Shown piece after piece: positions 57,318-64,000 of a DNA stretch of 64,000 nt (the stretch's first letter is position 1; every line of letters starts with the position of its first letter). Origin of the DNA: Eledone cirrhosa (taxonomy: Eukaryota). Below the pieces are notes generated by a model that was given only the letters and a program-made list of their open reading frames with translations, was not told the origin of the DNA and did not search any database. The stretch covers positions 32,426,001-32,490,000 of the forward strand of contig OZ024743.1 of the NCBI GenBank assembly GCA_964016885.1, written 5' to 3'. The translations under genes were made by a program, and so were the position numbers.

Positions 57318-59257
57318 GATGGCTGGCCACAGTTGTAAAGATGGTAGTGGTGACAATGATGTTAGAAATGATGAGGTTGATGTGTTACACTGAATCTCCC
57401 TGAGATTTAAGTTAAGGATACATTTATCTGTAGAATGCTCAGCCACTTACAAGTTAACTAAAGGAGCAGGCAATTCTGCTGATCAAACAACTGGAACACT
57501 CATCGTTGAAACTGATGGAGGTCCATTCCAGCACAGTGGAGGATGGTGATGATTGTGGTTATGGGTGGTGATGATGATGATGATGTTGATGATTGCCACA
57601 GTAACTGTGATTGTAGAAATTATAGTGGTAACATTGATGTTAATAATGATGATGATGATTAGTACTGGTGGTGATGTTTATGGTGATGGAGGTCATTATA
57701 ATGGTAACCTTGGTTATGGAGATGCTGATAATAAAGAGTATTTAGAGGAGGCGAGTAGACTCCTAAATCATAAGTAACAAGAAGCAGTTTAGAAACCAGA
57801 TTACTTCATACAAATTGCCTCACAGAATATATATATATATGTGTGTGTATGTGTGCAAGTATGTGTATATGTGTGAATGTGTGTGTGTAGACAGAGAGAG
57901 AGAAAGAGAGAGAGAGATAAAACAATATAGAAAAGAGAAGAGAAATAGAGTGAGCAAGAGAGAGAAACTGAAAGAAAGACCTATAGATAGAGAGAGTCCA
58001 GGGGAGAGAAAAGGAATGAAAAATACCAGTTGTTATACCTTAAAAACAGTGAAATATCAAAGAAGAATGTTAAATGTTTTCTATTGACATAAACTTGAAG
58101 ACTTGAAGTAGAAATATTATTTAATGTTAGTCAGAATAAGAAAACTGCAAACATGTCAAAGTTTAGTGGTAATTTCTGTAGATCTTATTTATTCTTCTCT
58201 TTATTTCTTCAAGTAGCATTAGAATCTATTTCTTTCACTGTTGGCTTAGAACCACTGTTCTTGTGTTTATAACAGTAAATACACACGTGATGGTTTTATA
58301 TTTTCAGGTAGGGCTGAGTGGTTAAGAAGTTTGTTTTGCAATCATGAGACCTAGTGTTCTATTGCACTGTCTGACATCGTAGGCAAGTGTATTCACCATA
58401 GCCACCGGTTCATCTAAAAATATATTTGCTTTGCTATCATGTGGTCCTGGGTCTACATGATAGCAAAGCAAATATCTGTTTTGAAGCCTTAAACACTTGA
58501 AAGCTTATGCTATTGCCATATAAGAAGTGTGTAAATGAACATTTTTTTTAAATGACAAATACAAATAATTTCAATAAAATGGTGCCCCTTCTTCCCTTAA
58601 GTATGTGCTTATTTTGCTTAATAGGTAATCCAGACCTGTTTGGGTTTAGATTCCACCGCATGTCATATTAGGCTAGTGCCTCTTCCAAGAAGCTTGCTTT
58701 CCCGTCATGGGGATTGATCCTCTGAATAGCATTTTAGTCATGATATTATATAACCATAGGCCCTGATGAGTGGTTTTGTAAGTAGGTGTCCAATGCACCC
58801 CTTTTCCTGGTGGATGGGTGGGTGGGGGTTATATAAAGCTGATTTAAGCTGAAAGGAACTGTAAAGACAGCCAATTTTCTGCTTGAATTAAAATTCCTCT
58901 GTAACTCTAAAATAGAGAATGATCTCTGCCAATTTGTGTGACCCTTACAATGTCTAACAGTATTTCTTCAGCATGTTTATAAAGCACCAGTCATGTTGGA
59001 ATCACACGAGCCATGCAGAGGCATAGAAAATTCGTCTGGCATTCTCTAAAGTTCTCAATGAATTCCTTGATAATGGATGGTACATCCAAAATATATTGGG
59101 ATTAATATATATTTAAAAGGTAACATTAACTCTGATTCTTGTTTTTCTTCCTCTTCTCCACTTAACCTCACTTCTCTCATTCCTCTCTTCATTTACAACC
59201 CCACCTGAGAGGGAGTGGCTTTTAAGATATAACCCCTTCACACACATACACACCCAC

Positions 59258-59319
<62 letters not shown>

Positions 59320-59331
59320 AAATAGATAGAT

Positions 59332-59369
<38 letters not shown>

Positions 59370-59536
59370 GAAAAGAGTCAGGACCCCGACAGCTGAGCTC
59401 CGGCCGTTTCGACAGCTAGATCCTATGGTGTGTTATGGTCCACATAGTATCTTACCACACCTTCTCTGTTCTATATATATATCATCATCATCATCATCGT
59501 TTAACGTCTATCTTCCACTCTAGCATGGGTTAGACG

Positions 59537-59618
<82 letters not shown>

Positions 59619-59619
59619 G

Positions 59620-61959
59620 ACAAAGTGTCTGTTGTAAACACTAAATCCCTCCCCCGTGAAGAATGCATCTACCAACATAGCCTCATAGTTAGTGACCTCA
59701 TAGTCAGGACGAGACGTACTTGACAACAGAGGAGGACTACCCTGAGAAGAAGAATATGGAAGTTAAAGGACCCCACAGCCAGTAACAAATTTAAAAGCAT
59801 ATTACTTGATGCTTTTGACAGTAAGGAAGAGCAATTAGAGACGTACAATATAGAAGAACAGTGGGAATTCCTGAAAGTTAAACTGCTGAAGGCGACAGAT
59901 GAAATCTGTGGCTAGAGCAGACCTATAGGCAGGAGGAGAGTAACGTGGTGGTCGAACAATAAGGTGGAGGAGTAAATCAAGGCCAAAAAGCAAGCTTGTA
60001 AATTATGGCAGGATGGGGGAAGTAGAGAAGACTATCAAGTGGCCAGGAGGGAAGCTAGGAGACAAGTGTACTTTGCAAGAAGGGAAGCAGAGGAAAGAAA
60101 GTTCAAGCATGTTCTACAACGTGAGGACCAAAAACGTGAGGTGTTCAGGATTGCTAGACAATGTGTCAAGGAAAACCATGATATTGTCGGGGAGAAGCGT
60201 GTCCATAATGATGATGGAATACTTGCCATATTGATGCTGATAAGAAGGTAGCTTGGAAGTGTCACTACGACAGGCTACTAAATGAGGAGAATAAGTGGGG
60301 AAAAGATAGTCTGCCCCAAATCGATCCAATAGAGAAACCAGCAGTGCTAGTTGAAGGTTGTATAATAAGTAAGGCAATCAAATATATGAAGACAGGCAAA
60401 GCAGCTGGGCCTTCAGAGATAGTTGCTGAAAGGCTGAAAGCATCTGGATCGGTGGGACACACTATGGTCACCCGGATAGTAAACCAAGTCATACAGAATG
60501 GGGTCATACCAAATGACTGGCGTAGCATTAAAAGCAGTTTAGCGTAAAAGTTGGCATTCATCAGGGATCCGTCCTTAGCCCCCTCCTATTTATTATTGCC
60601 CTTCAGGCTATAACAGAGGAGTTCAAGACTGGCTGCCCATGGGAACTTCTATATGCAGATGATCTAATGCTCATGGCTAATCGATGGCTGAACTAGAGAA
60701 GAAATTCGAAACAGGGAAGCATGGCCTAGAATCAAAAGGACTTAAAGTTAACTTGCCTAAGACTAAAGTTCTAGTATGTAGGAAGGAAAATTGGGCACTG
60801 GTCCCCTCTGGGAAATGGCCATGCTCAGTGTGTAGGAAAGCAGTAGACAGAAACTCCATTTTATGTCCCAAATGCAAAGTATGGGTGCATAAAAGATGTA
60901 GTGGTATCACAGGTAAGCTAACTAAGAACATAGATTTTATATGTGGGCGGTGCTCAGGTGCAATAGGTAGCAATTGCCCACAGGATACTAGTTCCTTCCA
61001 TTACCCAGATGGTTCTATAGAAATAGTGGACACCTTCCGTTACCTGGGTGACAAAATCAGCAGTGGTGGAGGGTGCTCTGAAAGTACAGTAGCCTGAGTC
61101 AGAATGGGATCGAAAAAGTTCAGAGAGTTTATACCACTATTGGCCACTAAAGGTTTCTCTCTAAAAATGAAAGGCAGACTGTATGATGCCTGCATATGAA
61201 CAGCAATGTTACATGGCAGTGAGACATGGGCGTTGTGTGCAGAGGATCTACACAGACTGGAGAGGAACAAAGCTTGCATGCTCCATTGGATGTGTAATAG
61301 TAATATACATTAAGGGCAAAGCATAAATGAACTAAGTGAGAAATTATGAATAAGAGGGATCAGATGCTGTTTACTTGAGAAAAGACTACGTTGGTATGGT
61401 CACATGATGCGCATGAAAGACGACAGCTGTATAAAAAATGCAGGGCGATCAAAATTGATGGAAGCTACGGAGTAGGCAGACCCAGAAAAACCTGGGACAA
61501 TTTGATAAATTCCAACCTTACACACTTACACCTCTCCAAGACAATGTCACTGGACCGAGATCTTTGGCGCTATGCAGTTATACAGAAGACCCGCCTTGCC
61601 TAAGTACAAAGCGAAACCTACAGTCAGTAGGCACCTCTTAACCAAAAATACACCCCCATCCCCCTACCCTTACCCCCACCCCCATCTACACCACCCCTTT
61701 CTCTGTAAACTTATGTTGGTACCACAACATATAGTCCTAAATAAATGAGGTTGTGTAGGTGTCACGACAAAAAAAACACACAGTCCACGCTGTAATGTGG
61801 CCGTGTAGGTAACACGGTAAAAACCTCCCAGTCCACACTGTAAACGTGGTTGGTGTTAGGAAGAGCATCCATCTGTAGAAAACTTGCCTCAAGTGGGACA
61901 ATTCCCGTCTAAACCCATGCTAGCGTGGAAGATAGACGTTAAACGATAATGATGATGAT
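59620..61959 (+). mobile_element. Decayed RTE family B copy with an internal deletion
   Basis: Multiple stops and frameshifts; deletion at about 60530 removes part of RT; PHD retained (WPCSVC..CPKC..HKRC..CGRC); family B 3' UTR. Confidence 0.9.
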
Positions 61960-62941
61960 ATATATATATACAGAGAGAGAGAGAAATATTTAAAAGAGTC
62001 AATGTCAGTGCTGCAGAATATGTACAAACTTTATTTGCATATTACAATTGTTTTGATATCAATCAGCTCGGGGTACAATCAAGGTGATGGGGGTCTGACT
62101 CTTTTTGTACATCTCATTCTGCATGAAATGTATACAACTAGAGTCTCACATTCTAAATATTTTGAGTGGAAACAACTTTAATCAACTGAGACTATATTCA
62201 CAATTTCAAAAACAAAACTCCCTTTCAGGAATGTTCATTGAGGCAACCATTATGGACTTTGAAATTAAGATGTTGGTGTAGTGATTATATATTTGATAAC
62301 TTGACTCATACAATGTTGAGATCCAGTGTAAGGGACATAATAATGTATTCACAGTGTTAAAAAAATCAACTTCCATATTACAACATTACAGTTAAGTAGT
62401 TTGTATTAGAAAGAACACGCCAAAAATGTTTTGACTCAATTCTTAACATTTCTCAGATGTTCATACTAGCTGGTGTTCCTTACAGGTGGAATCTAATTAC
62501 ATTGTCCCTAATTAGCTGACTAATACCCAAACGTCTTAGTCTATTTCCCATATTTTTACTGCACTGAATCATTGCATTTTCAGACATAATCCCCTATATC
62601 TGCTGCCTACTTCACTGCTCAAGTTTCAGAAAAATACTGAACTATATATATCTTGCAGTTATCTTCAGGTTTAAGTGAAGATTAGTGGGCGTTTTGCTAG
62701 TAAGTAAAATAATAGGGATCTAGGTATTTTTGTCATTCAACTCCTTTCCATCACTCCTCTCACCTAGTTACTTTCATCCATCCTGAACACTTGACTCAAC
62801 CATCTCATTCCATTTCTCTTTACAACATTCATCACTGGCTTTTTTTCCCATTATCTTTTATTTGTCTCCCTATCCCTGAGCAATATTCCACTCATCCACT
62901 GATACATCTTAATTTCAGTTCTTTCCAGTCTTCTCTTCTTC

Positions 62942-63074
62942 CAGGGCCCGATTTAATGGGGAGGGGGGCAAGGAGGTAGTTTCCCCCCCCCCCCCCCCCC
63001 CGATATGTAAAATTAGGGGTTTGCTCCCCAAACCTGTAGGTCCCTGGGCCCTCCAAGGTCTAAATCTGGCCCTG
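62942..63074. mobile_element. hAT-type MITE
   Basis: TIRs cagggcccgattta / taaatctggccctg; 8-bp TSD tcttcttc / tctgcttc. Confidence 0.7.
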
Positions 63075-63400
63075 TCTGCTTCTCCATGTCCATCACCCAT
63101 GTGTCACTCCTATAAATCATGGCATTACTCACACATGCAGCATATACATTTCCGTTTAGTTTCAGCAACACTCCCTGCCTCATTAGCATAGTAGTCAGCC
63201 ACCAGAAATTCCTCCATCCACATCTCAATATAATCACTGTAGTAGAGTTTGATTCACCTTAATTCAACATGTCTTGAACATAAGTTTTCACACATTCCAT
63301 CTTCACATTATTCCCAAGACCCATCAGCAAGACTCATCAGCACCTTCTGTATCTGTAGCTCCACCCATACACACTTTACAATTAACCCTTTACCATTTAC
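63075..63400 (-). mobile_element. Old RTE fragment
   Basis: Minus: ..GWRNF..LTTML..G.VYAACV.NAMIYRSDTW. Confidence 0.65.
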
Positions 63401-64000
63401 ATCAATCTGTATTTACTATTGTACTTTCATGATGAAAGTTTTATCTCATATAATCTCAAATCTACCAAGATTTTGATGATATTATTGTTTATTTTGAGAA
63501 TGATATCTTCATGCCAGTATGAACGGCTGATTATGGCCAGTTTGAACAGAAATGGGGGAGAGAATTTTGGCCAGATGTGGCCAGTTTAATTGCTAAAGGG
63601 TTAAATGAGAATTAAGTTCAGAATATATGTTTTGGGAATGCTCTGCCACTTATATGTAAATTTCAGAAGCAGGCTGTTCCATTGATTGAACAATTGGAAC
63701 ACAACACTCAATGCCAAAACCGATGGAGGTTCATTCCATTCCATTTCATATAATTTGATAATCCCATGCTTTCATAGGGCTGGGCTTCTCCCTGAGATTT
63801 GTAGTATTAAAAACTATATAACAGACTAATTTCACACCGGAAAAGATGCTGGTGGATTGTTTATAGCTTTCTCTTTGGGAACAATTGGATGTAAATCACT
63901 TAATAATTCTTCAATACTACTACTACCTATTATGGTGAGTCTTACCAGTAATAATACTGTCTTGAAACTGGTGAGAATTAATTGTCTGGGTTATCTATAT

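Noticed and set aside
58421-58475. Inverted repeat with about 21-bp arms
   Set aside because: Isolated local inversion with no element features
59368-59470. Hammerhead-like GAAA-CGGCCG on the minus strand
   Set aside because: No CUGANGA core and no UH cleavage site

Overview
AT-rich, microsatellite-dense eukaryotic DNA. The repeat repertoire suggests an octopus or other coleoid cephalopod (inference). I can support no host protein-coding gene. The window is a mosaic of transposable elements: RTE-clade LINEs (one with an uninterrupted 1002-aa APE-RT ORF carrying a PHD-type finger inside the RT), two tRNA-derived SINE families, Helitron-like non-autonomous elements, piggyBac- and hAT-type MITEs, and fragments of mariner, Tx1, R4/Dong, CRE and Penelope-like (PLE) elements. 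The main find is a 4.4-kb array (13312-17725) of about 9.5 nearly identical 466-bp units, each carrying a minimal type I hammerhead ribozyme motif (10 copies). The array is folded back on itself at the ribozyme core, sits inside (TA)n, and carries an octamer motif in each unit. This is the architecture of a retrozyme / circRNA-producing satellite, probably mobilised by PLE machinery. Other PLE-type hammerheads occur at about 47762, at 47953/48045 (an inverted pair with a compensatory U3-A8 core) and, degenerate, at about 31690 beside a GIY-YIG remnant. All structures were read by eye; activity and expression are untested.
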